Under the pieces are notes generated by a model. It did not search any database, was not told the origin of the DNA, and was given only the letters and a program-made list of their open reading frames with translations. A stretch of 64,000 bases of DNA, the filler included, from Pirum gemmata (lineage: Eukaryota), in assembly GCA_002812295.1 (NCBI GenBank). It is 22 parts of 22 records of this genome, joined end to end, with 100 filler letters (N's around TTAATTAATTAA, not from the genome) between each part and the next. Parts side by side here need not be neighbours in the genome. Positions count along the whole stretch, not along the records: positions 40,404 to 42,884 come from PDIN01006034.1; positions 42,985 to 44,945 come from PDIN01006035.1; positions 45,046 to 47,552 come from PDIN01006036.1; positions 47,653 to 50,128 come from PDIN01006037.1; positions 50,229 to 52,707 come from PDIN01006038.1; positions 52,808 to 59,289 come from PDIN01006039.1; 16 more parts are not named here. One strand, given 5' to 3'. This document shows positions 41,781 through 55,422 of the stretch, one piece after another. Every line of letters starts with the position of its first letter. The stretch's first letter is position 1. The position numbers and the translations under genes are program-made.

Positions 41781-42501
41781 ACCCCTACTTATTCAGTGGG
41801 GCACTGGGTCCTGGGTCCACTAGGGGATTGTGGAATTTTTTTAAAAATTATCTTCTTTAATACTTAATATGGTAATAAGGATAATAATAAATTTTTTAAA
41901 ATAATAAATAAGAGTGGCGTTCCCAATGCCAATGAGTGTTGTTAAATTTTACTTAATTTCTAAATAAAGTTAAACCGATCTTCAGGAATCAAACTTTAGA
42001 GATAGCTAAGAGGCTAACAGACAGTCTTTTCTAGTTGTGTTTTTTTTTTTTTTTTTTTTTTTTTTAGGGTTAGGGTTAGGGTTAGGGTTAGGGTTAGGGT
42101 TAGGGTTAGGGTTAGGGTTAGGGTTAGGGAACAACGCAAACAATGCAAACAACAAGAACAACAAGAACAACGCATCCAACAAGAATATAGTCTGAAGATG
42201 AGACGTGTTTTATAATTTAATTAATATCATAAAAAAAAAAAATAGTGAAGTATTAATACTAAGCGTAATTAGGTGGTCTAGTAATTATTGTAATAATAAA
42301 AATAATAGACTATCGTGTATTTCATATTACCCTATTAAAAACCCTAAAAACTAAACTTATGAATTCCTATTTATCGATAAAAAATGTAATTTTTAAAGGT
42401 TGGATATTCATTGGCTAGTTAGGCTTTCATCCATTTCTAATTATTTCTAATTCAGTCCATTTACACTATTTACACCATAATTATTATTATTTTTTTTAAT
42501 A

Positions 42502-42759
42502 AACAACCAAGCCGGATAAAACTGTAGAAATCATTCTTTTATCGAATTCTTTTCTTTTAAAACCAACCAACTTATTTCAAAAACTAGCCAAATTATTTTT
42601 TAAAACTAGTTATTGGTTCTTAATAAAGTTTTCTTATTTAAACTATTTCTAATTATTTGGTAGTATTTACAATAACATTGGATTTTTTTAAGTTTTTTTT
42701 TTATTTTGAGCTACTTTAGCGTATAGCGGTTGTCGCCATGTTTATTCGGCTTGGTAGTT
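42502..42759 (+). mobile_element. MITE family E, full length; reverse copy at about 44625-44862
   Basis: TIR AACAACCAAGCCGGATAAA / TTTATTCGGCTTGGTAGTT. Confidence 0.8.
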
Positions 42760-43001
42760 AAAAAAAAAAACAATAGAAGAAACTACTAGCTAGTATTAAT
42801 TATTTAAGAAATGATCCAAAAACCTTCCCGTGACTCGTAACTCGTACCAGTATGATATTATTATTATTATTATTATTATTATTANNNNNNNNNNNNNNNN
42901 NNNNNNNNNNNNNNNNNNNNNNNNNNNNTTAATTAATTAANNNNNNNNNNNNNNNNNNNNNNNNNNNNNNNNNNNNNNNNNNNNTTTCCAGGATATTTTC
43001 A

Positions 43002-43116
<115 letters not shown>

Positions 43117-43430
43117 NNNNNNNNNNNNNNNNNNNNNNNNNNNNNNNTTTTTTTGTTTTTTTTTTTTTTTGTAATTTTTTTTCTGATCATAAATTCATAA
43201 TCATTTATCTCTAGCTAGAGTCATTTATAATATCATATTAATTATGATATGATATTAAAATGAATAAAAAGGTGCGAAAAGTGGCCGAAAACCTACTTTA
43301 ACCTAGCTAGCGAAAACTACGATCAAAAGTCGACGTACCGGTAGACTAGCTAGTCTACCACATCAATAGGAGACTCAACACCGATGTCAATTATGATATT
43401 AAAATGCTGGGTATTAATTAATGTATCAGA

Positions 43431-43620
43431 TATCGTGTTTTTCAATAGTGTTGTCTGGTTCAAAAACTGAAATAAGCTTACCAAATTATAATTAATTGGT
43501 CATGTTTTAATTAATTTGATATTTTATAATAGTAATTTTATATTTATAAAAAGTTCAATTATGCAATTAAACGGTACCAAATTAAAGATAGAAAGGACAA
43601 CTGTAATGAAATAGACGATA
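43431..43620 (+). mobile_element. MITE family D, full length; fragments at about 44265-44457 and 61330-61483
   Basis: TATCGT...ACGATA termini; multiple dispersed copies. Confidence 0.8.
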
Positions 43621-43664
43621 CACTAATAAGTATTAGAATGGAGTAGATAATATCTACCAAGTAG

Positions 43665-43848
43665 TTCTTTTCAGTTTTTTTGTCATCATAAAATATACAA
43701 TAAATAGTACCAAATTAATATAATATAAATCCATTTGATTTAATTTGGCATATTTTATTATCTATATATTGATTTAAAAATGTCAATTTAAAGATTATAA
43801 CCCTCCAAATAAATATTCAGAGTGACAAAATAAATGAAAAGCACGATA
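43665..43848 (-). mobile_element. MITE family C reverse copy; others at about 41000-41155 and 60249-60430
   Basis: Ends TGAAAAGCACGATA; reverse complement of 21004-21192. Confidence 0.8.
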
Positions 43849-44913
43849 AACTGTATAATATTCTGTATATTATTTCATTGTTATTGTATTAAAAAATAAT
43901 ATTAGGAAGCGTTCAACTAATACGTCACGTCAAGGGGTAGGTGGGTAGGTGGTATTTGACCGGAAATTAACGTCGAGTGATAGGTAGGTAGGGGTATTTG
44001 AAGCTGTATTTGACCGGAAATTGGCGTTATGCTTCTGTTTAAAAATCGAGATTTCGAGTGTATGTTAATTAATAAGTTCGAAATGTTTAAGCTTACAATT
44101 AAGTATTCAAATATATTTATTTATTAATAAACCCGAAAAATATGAAAAAAAATATTTTTCGAACGTAGCTGAATNNNNNNNNNNNNNNNNNNNNNNNNNN
44201 NNNNNNNNNNNNNNNNNNNNNNNNNNNNTTTTTTTTTTTTTTTTTTTTTTTTTTTTCTGTTTTTTTATTTTCAGTGTAGTGTTGCCCAGTTTAAAAACTG
44301 AAAGATACCAAATTGTCATTATGGTTAAACAATCAGACACCTTTTGATTAATTTGGTATTTTATACTTAATGTTTCATTTTATAAACAAGTTCAATTATG
44401 CACTTAAACAGTACCAAATTAAAGATTGAGAAGACAACTGTAACAAAATAAACGATATGGATAATAATATTATGATAAATCATGATACCGGGTAGTCCAA
44501 TATCAGATAATACCATATATAGACGGTATAGTCTATATAAGGTATGATTACAATATTATTTACAAACATATTATTTTTATAATCTTTATAAATGTAGTCT
44601 TTTTTTTATTATTATTAAAAAAAAGCCAGATAAAAATTGTGGCATCCACCATGTGAGTTCAAAAATCCAAAAAATAGCAAAATGCTCTAATTTTAATAAA
44701 AGTACTACCCAAATTTGAGAACTTATATAAGTAAGAAAACTCTATTATGAACCAATAGTCAGTTTTTAAAAATACTTTGGCTAATTATAATTAAAAGTTT
44801 TTAGAAAAGAAGTCTAAAAATGATTTATATAATTTTATCCGGCTTGACCAGTCTTGGTTGTTTAAATAATAATAATAATAATAATAAAAACTCGATGCAT
44901 ATGTCTTCTTGGC

Positions 44914-44945
<32 letters not shown>

Positions 44946-45182
44946 NNNNNNNNNNNNNNNNNNNNNNNNNNNNNNNNNNNNNNNNNNNNTTAATTAATTA
45001 ANNNNNNNNNNNNNNNNNNNNNNNNNNNNNNNNNNNNNNNNNNNNAATGGGAACTGAGTACACCAGTCTTTTTTTTCACCTTTTTATCAAGATCTCCACT
45101 TCTGCTATCAAGCGGGGCCGCGAAAAAACCATCTCCGCAAATCCCGCAAGAATAGGGGAAAATACTGAAGGACCGAACACCC

Positions 45183-45227
<45 letters not shown>

Positions 45228-45564
45228 AGCTACATTTTAACTTTTACATTTTTAACCTTTTTAACCCTTTAAGGTTTTTTTAACATTTTTAACAATTTTC
45301 ATATTTTTAATTGCCTTATTTTTACTTCTCACGTCCTAGAATTTTACCAGTGAACTTAAACTCTTTTTGTTTTGCTTTGTTTTTTATAAACTCCCTATTT
45401 GTGTGTCATGTGTAGAATAATTAGCAGATCATATTTTTTCTCTTTTCTTGTTTTTATTTTATTCCATTTCATTTCATTTTATTTTATTTTTATCAGCAAT
45501 CCTTCAATTTTATTGATTTTTCATGATATTGTCCATTTTTCCTAATATCTATAAATCAATTTAG

Positions 45565-46907
45565 ACTTTTATTTACCTGATGTGCAAGCTGATAGAGAAT
45601 CTTCATCTAAAAAAAACACTATCGAAAGAGAAGGACATCTTAGTAAGTACCTCATATTTATTTTTTTTAAATTATCGTTCCAACAATAACTAACCTTAAA
45701 CAACAAACAATAACTTTCGCTTTCTTTGTATTTTGAAAAAAAGAATTTTCTCATCTACAAACAGTACCATCTAACTCTTCGGAACTTTGATTGTTTGTAC
45801 ATATCAGATTTTACTTATTTGCTAAAACCAATCGCTCTGAAAGTGTATGAAAACTACATGAAAAATTTTGACGAAAAATCATTTATCTGCATAATTCCGA
45901 TACCTGCAAAATATGGAGAGGGTTGTCAACAAAGACATGATTGGGGCTATCCCCTTTATCCGAGTAAATACGAAGTCTGGATTAGAAATCATTTGCAGGC
46001 AAGTTATTGTACTAGATAAAGTAATAGTACCCTTTTTTTTTTACCTTTTAACACAGGTCGCTGTAAAAAAACAAATGCGGATAGATTTGCTGAGATAAAT
46101 GAATATATTTCTGAGTTTATAGTTCGTGGTGTTCCCAAAAGTTTCTCAATTGACCGCGTGTTTCTAGATAATTATTTCATTCTAGACTTTATACCTCAAT
46201 CATTTCATACCATGAGATTTATACAAGAAATGCGGTCGTTAAGGTTGGATCAGTTTTACAGCATCGGAGGAAGAGAGATATTTGTACCTTACCAAACAGA
46301 CGAGAAAAAATATGGTCTTGCTATTACTAAACCAAGGCGGTATTTGTTTTTTGCCCCTTGTAAGGAAGCAGGTGGTGGAATGATTGAAGATGTAAAAGGT
46401 AGGCTATGGCGACACAAAGCATATTTGTTGCTTAAGAAATATAACAAGGAAAATGAAGCTTATGTCACTTATGAAAATACAAATCAGTTTGTCTCGCTCT
46501 TACAGGATTCTGTTTTTTGTTTTATACTTCCTGGTGACACACAATCAACTAGTAAGTTTCAAAGGGCAATATATAGTGGGTGTATTCCTGTGTATTTTGT
46601 AAGTTTCTCTCGTCAAGTACCGTTTTATGATTTGATTCATGTAGAAAAATTTTCTATTCTTGTAAATCGAGATTGGCTATTTCATGCCGCAAAACTCACT
46701 CATTTAGTAGAGAGACTTCGCAGCTTGAGATCGAACGAGGCCTTGATTAATAAATATAAAGCTAATTTACCGGTAGCTACACAGTTTTATGACTTTGATA
46801 GAATGGAATGGCCTAATCCTCAAGTTTTGACTCTTATAGTTATTCTGAGCACTTCCTTCCCTTCAAACGCTATACCCTATCTTGATACTTCTGCTGAAGA
46901 GTATTAA
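45565..46907 (+). CDS. Exostosin/GT47-family glycosyltransferase, 3' exons (45565-45642, 45808 to about 46002, 46057-46907)
   Basis: SVFCFILPGDTQSTSKFQRAIYSGCIPV and VPFYDLI match the GT47 signature. Exon phases are compatible; the middle donor is ambiguous (45964 or 46003). Confidence 0.88.
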
Positions 46908-47310
46908 AAATTACAAAATATTTTGTTATAATCCTCAAGTTTTGACTCTTACAGATAATAACTATTCTGAGCACTTCCTTCCCTTTAAACGCTATACCCT
47001 CCCTACCTTGATACTTTTGCTGAAGAGTATTAAACATTGCAAAATATTTTATTGCAATAGAAATAATCCTCAAGTTTGGACTCTTATAGCTATTCTGAAC
47101 ACTTCCTTCTCTTTAAAATACTTCCAATGAAGAGTAATAAAAATTACAAAATATCTGAATACAAATATTCCTCAAGTTTAGACTCTTATAGCTGTTCTGG
47201 GCATTTTAATACAAACAATCTTCAAATTTTGACTCTTATAGCTATTCTGAGCACTTCCTTCCCTTCACACGCTATACCCTACCTTGATACTTTGAAGAGT
47301 ATTAAAAAGG
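46815..47310 (+). repeat. About five degenerate tandem copies of the GT47 gene's 3' end
   Basis: AATCCTCAAGTTTTGACTCTTA-like starts at about 46815, 46930, 47063, 47167 and 47217. Confidence 0.9.
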
Positions 47311-47517
47311 TTTAAGGCCAGGGTAGTAGTAGTGGTGGTGGTGGTAGCAGCAGTAGTACCCATTCGTCAGAATGACTGACGTTAATTAACGTCAAAAAAA
47401 AAGTTGTGCTTAGAACAACCTAGTCGTAAAGTGAATATCGTATATGGGGTGTTCGGTTTGTAGACCTTCACCTTTTTATCCTTACACACAACAGGTCTTG
47501 AAATTAGAAAAACCAGG

Positions 47518-47552
<35 letters not shown>

Positions 47553-47700
47553 NNNNNNNNNNNNNNNNNNNNNNNNNNNNNNNNNNNNNNNNNNNNTTAA
47601 TTAATTAANNNNNNNNNNNNNNNNNNNNNNNNNNNNNNNNNNNNNNNNNNNNAACAACAACAACAACAACAACAACAACAAAAATGATGTAGCAATTTTA

Positions 47701-48342
47701 CCTCTCGATGACCTACATCATGTGCGTTTATTGCGCATTGTTTGATAGCTTCATTGATTTTTACCAAAGTATCAGAGGTAGGTGCTGTGGAAAACATGAT
47801 TGAAGAATAAATATAAATAAACAAAAATAATAAACAAAGAATGAATAAATGAATGAATAAATGAAAAATGAAAGAAATGAAATAATTAATTAATCAATGT
47901 AATAAATTAATAAAAAATGAATAAAATAAATTATTGATTTTTAGTTATCGATATGAAAATAACAATGATAAACGTTACAAACATTTTTATTATACTTTTA
48001 TAACAATAGTTTATCGATAATAATAAAAATTATAAATAAAAAAAATTTTTTAAAAAAAAACAAAATTTGCCGATCTGGACCCCACAACTATGGCTAATTT
48101 TACGAAAACCAAAAATTTATCTACCGTCTCTATTCGCCTACTTTGGCCTCTTATAACAGACAGAGCATCATCTCCAAATAAGTTCAATATCACTTTTTGA
48201 TAATAATATTATTATGGTTAAATTATTTCTGGCCAAAAAAATATATACATTGTTCGAAAATAATATTGAAAATCGAATATAATTGATGATATATAAAAAC
48301 CGAGCCCATGTACCAATTTTCCAATGATACAAAAAAAAACTG

Positions 48343-48404
<62 letters not shown>

Positions 48405-48593
48405 GAAAAAAAAACTGTAATATAATAAATATATATATATGTATGTAATATGGAACTCATCACGTGTTTGTTAACTTGTTTATCGGATTGTCTTCCAGCA
48501 TGGCCAATCTGTACAAAGAAGGCTGAACCTCCTTCCTTTCCTGCTTTTGGCAAACTCCTAGCTTCATTAATAAACGACGATAAATGGCCAGAC
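47701..48593 (-). CDS. Old Yellow Enzyme / NADH:flavin oxidoreductase-like exon(s), possibly decayed
   Basis: Exon from 48593 encodes KEGGSAFFVQIGHAGRQ (Q-x-x-HAGR motif). A second AG/GT-bounded exon at about 47701-47783 (LVKINEAIKQCAINAHDVGHRE) loosely fits the next OYE helix. Confidence 0.6.
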
Positions 48594-48639
48594 CTATCTT
48601 TATTATTATCAGTTATATTGTTGTTATTGTTACTATCGT

Positions 48640-49638
48640 TATATCAATGCTTTTACAATTTCTAAATGTCCTGGCTGAGCAGCAAAAATTAAAGCTGTCC
48701 ACATGACCCACATTAGCTTCAGCATTTATCAACTCTTTTACAATTTCTAAATGTCCTTGTTTAGCAGCATATATTAAAGCTGTCGCATTTTCACTGGTTG
48801 CATGATCTAGGTTGCATGAGTAACATTAACATCAGCATCTATCAATTCTTTTACAATTTCTTTTACAATTTCTAAATGCTCTTCTTCTTCTTCGGCAGCC
48901 AAAATCAAAGCTGTGAAATCGTCATTGATTGTATGATTCACATTAGGTTCAGCATTTATCAATGCTTTTACAATTTCTAAATGTCCATAATATTATGCAG
49001 CAGCAAATGTTAAAAAGCTGTTACATCGTTATTGGTTACATGATTCGCATTAGCTTCAACATCTATCAATGCTTTTGCAATTTCTAAATGTACATGTTCA
49101 ACGGCAAACATTAAAGCTGTAACATTGTTATTGGTTGCATGATTCGCATTAGCTTCAGCATCTATCAATTAATGCTTTTACAATTTCTAAATGTCCATGT
49201 TCAGCAGCAAACATTAAAGCTGTAATCCTATTATTATTGATCGATATCATTCACACTGGCTCTAGCGGTTATCAGTGCTTTGTCAATACCTGGTTTGAAA
49301 ACATAACAGCACGCATTAACATTGTACGCCTTAATTCACCGTAGATACCATTCACATTGGCTCCAGCGGCTATCAATGCTTTGTTAATATCTGGATATCT
49401 TTTTGTTATAGCAAATCTTAAAGACGTCATACAGTTCATCTACAATATTCACATTATCAATTGCGGTTATTAATAAAGCGTTTACATTATCCAAATTTCC
49501 TGTAGAGACAGCAATTCCCAAAGCTGTATTAATATCATTAAAGATCTGATAATCTGCTGGAGCTGAATTCACTAATGGCAATAGCAAGAATATGAAAAGT
49601 CACATAATGAGAGGAAACATAACAATAGTGTAAATCAT
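48640..49638 (-). pseudogene. Intronless signal-peptide plus ankyrin-repeat pseudogene
   Basis: MIYTIVMFPLIM*LFIFLLLPLVNSAP, then repeats such as TALIYAAKQGHLEIVKELINAEANV; several stops and frameshifts. Confidence 0.88.
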
Positions 49639-49700
49639 ACTTTCTTTAAATTTTTGTTTTAATTTATTTGCCAATATTTTTTATTTATTTATTTATTGTG

Positions 49701-49731
<31 letters not shown>

Positions 49732-50511
49732 CATGACATACAACCTTTTTATTATTGTTATAATGATATCATTATTATTATATATAATTTTATTATTCAA
49801 TTCTTATATTAGGGTATATAAATATATATACAGTAAAAATAATAATACTAACAATAATAAAAGAAATAAATAAATCTACAAACGGTCTAATATATATCCA
49901 ATCGTTGAGTAGAATATGTAAATAATAAAAAATTGGAGTTATATTAATATAATAACTGATAATTAATAATAATGGTACAAATAATAAAGTAACAAGAAAA
50001 TAGATAAAAAAATAAATAAGAAAATAAGAAAATAACTAATAAAATTTCAAATAAAATAATGATATAAATAAGATAATAATAATAAAATGAAAATAAAAAT
50101 AGCACAATAATAATAATAATAATAATAANNNNNNNNNNNNNNNNNNNNNNNNNNNNNNNNNNNNNNNNNNNNTTAATTAATTAANNNNNNNNNNNNNNNN
50201 NNNNNNNNNNNNNNNNNNNNNNNNNNNNGGGTTAGGGTTAGGGTTAGGGTTAGGGTTAGGTTTAGGGTTAGGGTTAAGGAGATTTAAGTTAAGAATCACT
50301 AATAGATCGAAAGACTGACAATAGGAAGCAAACAAAATACACATATACACACACGTACACACATATACATATGTATTATACATCCAAAAATTCAGTATAC
50401 GATTAAAAAAATTAAAAAAAAAATTAAATCTTGAGAAAACCGATCGCAATCTGTAGCACCAACAGAACAACCATTCAGACAATAATAATAAGAACAAGAA
50501 ATATAATATAC

Positions 50512-51007
50512 AAAAACGATAAAAAATCTTCGACACCCGACACCAAACACCTGTCACCCGACAGCTAACCCCCGATATCCGACACCCAACATCCGAAACC
50601 CAACATCCGACACCCAACACCCAACACTCGACATCCGACACCCGAAAAACGATAAAAACTCTTCGACACCCTACACCCAACACCTGTCACCCGACAGCTA
50701 ACCCCCGACATCCGACACACGACACCCAACATCCGACACCCAACACTCAACACTCGACATCCGACACCCAACACCCAACACTCGGCATCCGACACCCGAA
50801 AAACGATAAAAAATCTTCGACACCCGACACCCAACACCTGTCACCCGACAGCTAACCACCGACACCCAACATCCGACACCCAACACCCAACACTCGACAT
50901 CCGACATCTGACAACCGACATCTGACATCTGACACCCGACATCTGACATCTGACACCCGACATCTGACATCTGACACCCGACATCTAACATCTGACACCC
51001 GACACCC
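50512..51007. repeat. Heptamer satellite (CCGACAC/CCAACAC/CTGACAT) with three higher-order units
   Basis: AAAACGATAAAAA.TCTTCGACACC anchor at about 50513, 50645 and 50800. Confidence 0.9.
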
Positions 51008-51493
51008 AGGAGGAAAAAAAATTAAAAAAGCGAATCAGTATTCATTGTAACTACTCGTACTAAAAAACATAACTTTCCTGAACACTTTCACCAGAAAAAA
51101 AAAAAAAAAAAAAGTCAAAATTTTTTTTAGTAATCATTATCATTTTTATCACAATTAAACGTACCCATCATCTCTGCTTCTATTCATGTTGTTACCGCGA
51201 TCGTCCATTCTTCGGTCCCCCCTTCCGCCTCCTCCATGTGGCATTCCCCGTTCATCTGTTGTTGTGTGCATAATTTTATTATTAAAATGCTAATATTACT
51301 TATCAACAATCATTTTACAAGCTTAATTAATTAAACCTTTTGACATTTTTACTCATATATCAATTGATAACTCAATTTCTAATTTCCCTGTACCAAGTAT
51401 TACGTATCATTTATTGCAAAAAATATTAAATTTATAAAACAGGTTATATAGTTTAATCTTAATCATTCACAATTATATTATTTACTTTGTGTC

Positions 51494-51599
<106 letters not shown>

Positions 51600-51764
51600 N
51601 NNNNNNNNNNNNNNNNNNNNNNNNNNNNNNNNNNNNNNNNNNNNNNNNNNNNNNNNNNNNNNNNNNNNNNNNNNNNNNNNNNNNNNNNNNNNNNNNNNNN
51701 NNNNNNNNNNNNNNNNNNNNNNNNNNNNNNNNNNNNNNNATTGTTATTGTTATTGTTATTGTTA

Positions 51765-51804
<40 letters not shown>

Positions 51805-53259
51805 GTTGTTGTTGTTTTTACCCTAATGTAATTAAAATTATCTTTTAATCCTTTGCTACTTTATATTTGCAAAGTAAGATCTTCCACATTTTTTATTCTT
51901 TTGAATTACAGTTTTAGAAGTTACTATTTTTAATTTTTCGCTTATTTACCCCTTTTTAAATCTTAAATTTAAATTTTCGCCTTTTTTTTGAATTTTTTTT
52001 CCTTTTTTTAAAAAAAAAGGAAACCTTACTTCTTGTTATCCTTATCTTATACTATTATTTTTACCCGTATACATCCATCACCAATCAAATCATTCATTTT
52101 TCTTTTAATATTTAAGATTTTCGTTAGTTTGTTTGTTTCTTTCGTTTTGTTTTCAGTTTAAGGAGGGTTCTTTTGGTTTGTTTGTTTGTTTGTTTATTTT
52201 TAAGGTACAGGGCTTTAAAAAAAACCTTCATTACACCCAAATTTTGATCACTAGCCTTGAATACGAGTTATTTTTTTTCGTACATAAATATATATATCTA
52301 TATTATATTTGATAAGAACAATCCATCATTAGCCGGATTAGTAAAAATTATAGAACACACAAAACATAAACCCAAACACTAAATTGTTATACACATAAAC
52401 TACTCGCACCAAAATCTAAATAATATATTATATACAGGTAATAACAATACTAAAACTAATGGTAGTAGCTAAAATAGTAACGCCAATTATAAAAATAGAA
52501 AAAAATAAAATATTAATACTAAATAATAATTAATTTAATAACTATAATAAATTATAACTAATAATAAATAACCATAATTTTTATAATAATTATAACTAAT
52601 TAAGTAATTAAAATGTAGAACATAACATGTTCTGGTATACTTAAGCATGGTTTTTTTTTTTTTTTGATACTTTTTTTTTTTTATACTTTCTTTTTTTTTT
52701 TTTTTTTNNNNNNNNNNNNNNNNNNNNNNNNNNNNNNNNNNNNNNNNNNNNTTAATTAATTAANNNNNNNNNNNNNNNNNNNNNNNNNNNNNNNNNNNNN
52801 NNNNNNNGGAAAAAAATCAAAACTCAAAACTCAAAAAGCAAAGCTAGATTTGTTATAAATAATGTTTCTATTCGGTGTTTTTATCAGTTTTTTATCTTTT
52901 GATTTGCATCATTCCATATCAGTGATATCATTCCATCATTCCTACTAAGCTAGTCCATCATTCCATCTATAGCTCTAGATTCTATATAGCTATATTATAT
53001 ATAGACTAGATGTCATAGATCATTCTCTCCAATATAGCCTTATACAGGTCTCCATTGAGATAATCGACTTTTTAATTTTTGACCATTTCGAAGACGAATA
53101 CCATTTAAACACGCAGACTAATTACACATTACACACATTATTGTAGCACTATTGTAGCTATAGTAGTCTAATAATATGACATGCATGTAGACCAAAACAA
53201 AGATAAAACAAAAGCAATGTACTTCCGTAAAATGAGACTGTAAAATGTCAACATTAGAA

Positions 53260-54590
53260 GAAAACGGCATTCCACGGAATAATCCAAAAATAAACTAGAA
53301 ACAATGGAAAATCTAGCTAGGGGTATTTAGGAAGTTACTTCAAGTCTTCAACCCCTACAACAAAAATTTACAATCTTTTTTATAATACCAACAACCAATT
53401 CACACAAGACAATATCAAAAAGCCCAAAAACAAAGGAGACATCAACATGATCAATCTCTTTTATTAATTAATGAGAAACGCCAACCTTATTAAAAAAATT
53501 CAACACATCTTCACGTGCAACACAAATAACAATCACAACAAATCTTGCTGGTCACATTGCTTCCTCAGCAACTGTAACTTACTCACAAACCAATCGCATC
53601 ATAACTACAATCAAAATCTCACTATACACATTATTATTAACAACACAAAAAACAATAAATTATTACCAACGTGGATAATTCACACAATAGAAACCCTACG
53701 AAACATGATCCCAATACAAAACAACACAGAACGGGTTATTTTAATTAAAACTAGCATACACCTATCAAAATAACAAAAATAATCTTAATGTAACTACGAA
53801 TTTTACGATTATAAACATTAAAACAAAATATCTTCATTATTAATTAAAACCCAATAATACAACAACAATATAAATATATAATATGTAAAAAAGAAACAAC
53901 AAAAACATTAATAGAAATATACTCAAAGTCCAAACCACTAAAAATACCTCCAAACAGTTGGAATCTACAGAATTAATGATCATAAATATGACAAACAGTA
54001 GTATAAAACACATAGAAGAAAACCTCAAAACAAAAACATTTAATGATTTCAACCTAAACACCTTTGGAATATAGAACAAAATGAATGGGAAGAGATAATT
54101 AAAAATACAAGAATCACTACAAAAAAATACCAAAATTCTAAAAAGTTACATATGGATACACTCTAACCCAAATAAAACCAACAAGATAGTGGATGTCGAA
54201 AACCCAGCCTTTTCAATGTCAATACTGTTCCAAAGAATTTCCACCAGAAGTCAAACTAATAATCTTTGACAAACCTGTAAGACTAGACTAGAATGGCTAA
54301 CCTACATCAAAAAAATATTACATGTAAATCCGAATATTGACGACAACTCCAACACTATCCACAACAACGATTACAACGCTAGCGCTACAATACTAGGAAC
54401 AAAGTTTAAACCCAATATTTCTACAACAAAAGAACAATATAATTGCTTATCATAGACTATATATTATGGTGTCATTATGAAAAGTACAACAAGTCAAAAC
54501 CAAGTGACAATCAAATCATTAACTTTTACCAAAAGTGTTATGAAATAAATCAACAAGTTGCAAATTGCAACTATATATAACTGTAACCTA
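53260..54590 (+). mobile_element. Highly degenerate non-LTR retrotransposon (L1/Tx1-like) ORF2, 3' part
   Basis: A/C-rich sense strand; IKKPKNKGDINMINL..RNANLIKKI....W resembles the post-RT PK..GGL..NL motif; CQYC near 54217; many stops. Confidence 0.5.
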
Positions 54591-55262
54591 CTGCTCCTTT
54601 TTTATAATATTATGATATCATAGGAAATCAGCTAATAGGCAAAACAGGAACTTTTTATTATTATTATTTTAAGTATGTGACGTAATTGATGAAGACAAAT
54701 CACTTTTTAAAAGTATATGTGGTAGTTACTAGCTGGTAGGCAAACTAGCTAGCTATCATAGTCAAACCACCAATGAATGGAGTAAATCTTTATTTAATGG
54801 ACCATTCTAGAGCTAGCTTAGCGTAGTCTAGCCAGAACTGGTTCAGTCTGGTTCAGTGGCTAGCCAGCTAGTACAGCTAGCTAGAGTAGTAGTATCAGAT
54901 ATGATACTATTATCAGGCCCCTATTATCATAACTAGTCTATCATAGCTAGTGTCTTAGTGCATAAGGGGGTCTTTTTCTACAATGTTAAAAACTTAGAAG
55001 GCAAAGTTGTAACTTTTTTTTAAGTATATACTATATAGACACCTTTTCAGCTAAATATTCAGAGTCCAGACTGAATATGGCCCTATTATATATATAATAT
55101 ATATATTAAATAACACGTATTGATAACAAACCATTATTTATACCAATTAATTAAAAACATTACTACTAAAAAATTGACTCCAGATCTATTTGTGTTTTTT
55201 GGCTGTTTTTTGGTGTTGACTGATAGTCACTGACTCCCTTCAAAAGTTCAAATTTGTAATAA

Positions 55263-55378
<116 letters not shown>

Positions 55379-55422
55379 NACATTTTTAATTTTGTTTCCC
55401 ATTAATCTTTTTGACTTTATAG

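Noticed and set aside
45996..46056. GC-AG intron (CAG|GCAAGT) in the GT47 gene
   Set aside because: It would be phase 0, but the next exon needs phase 1; GT donors at 45964 or 46003 fit.
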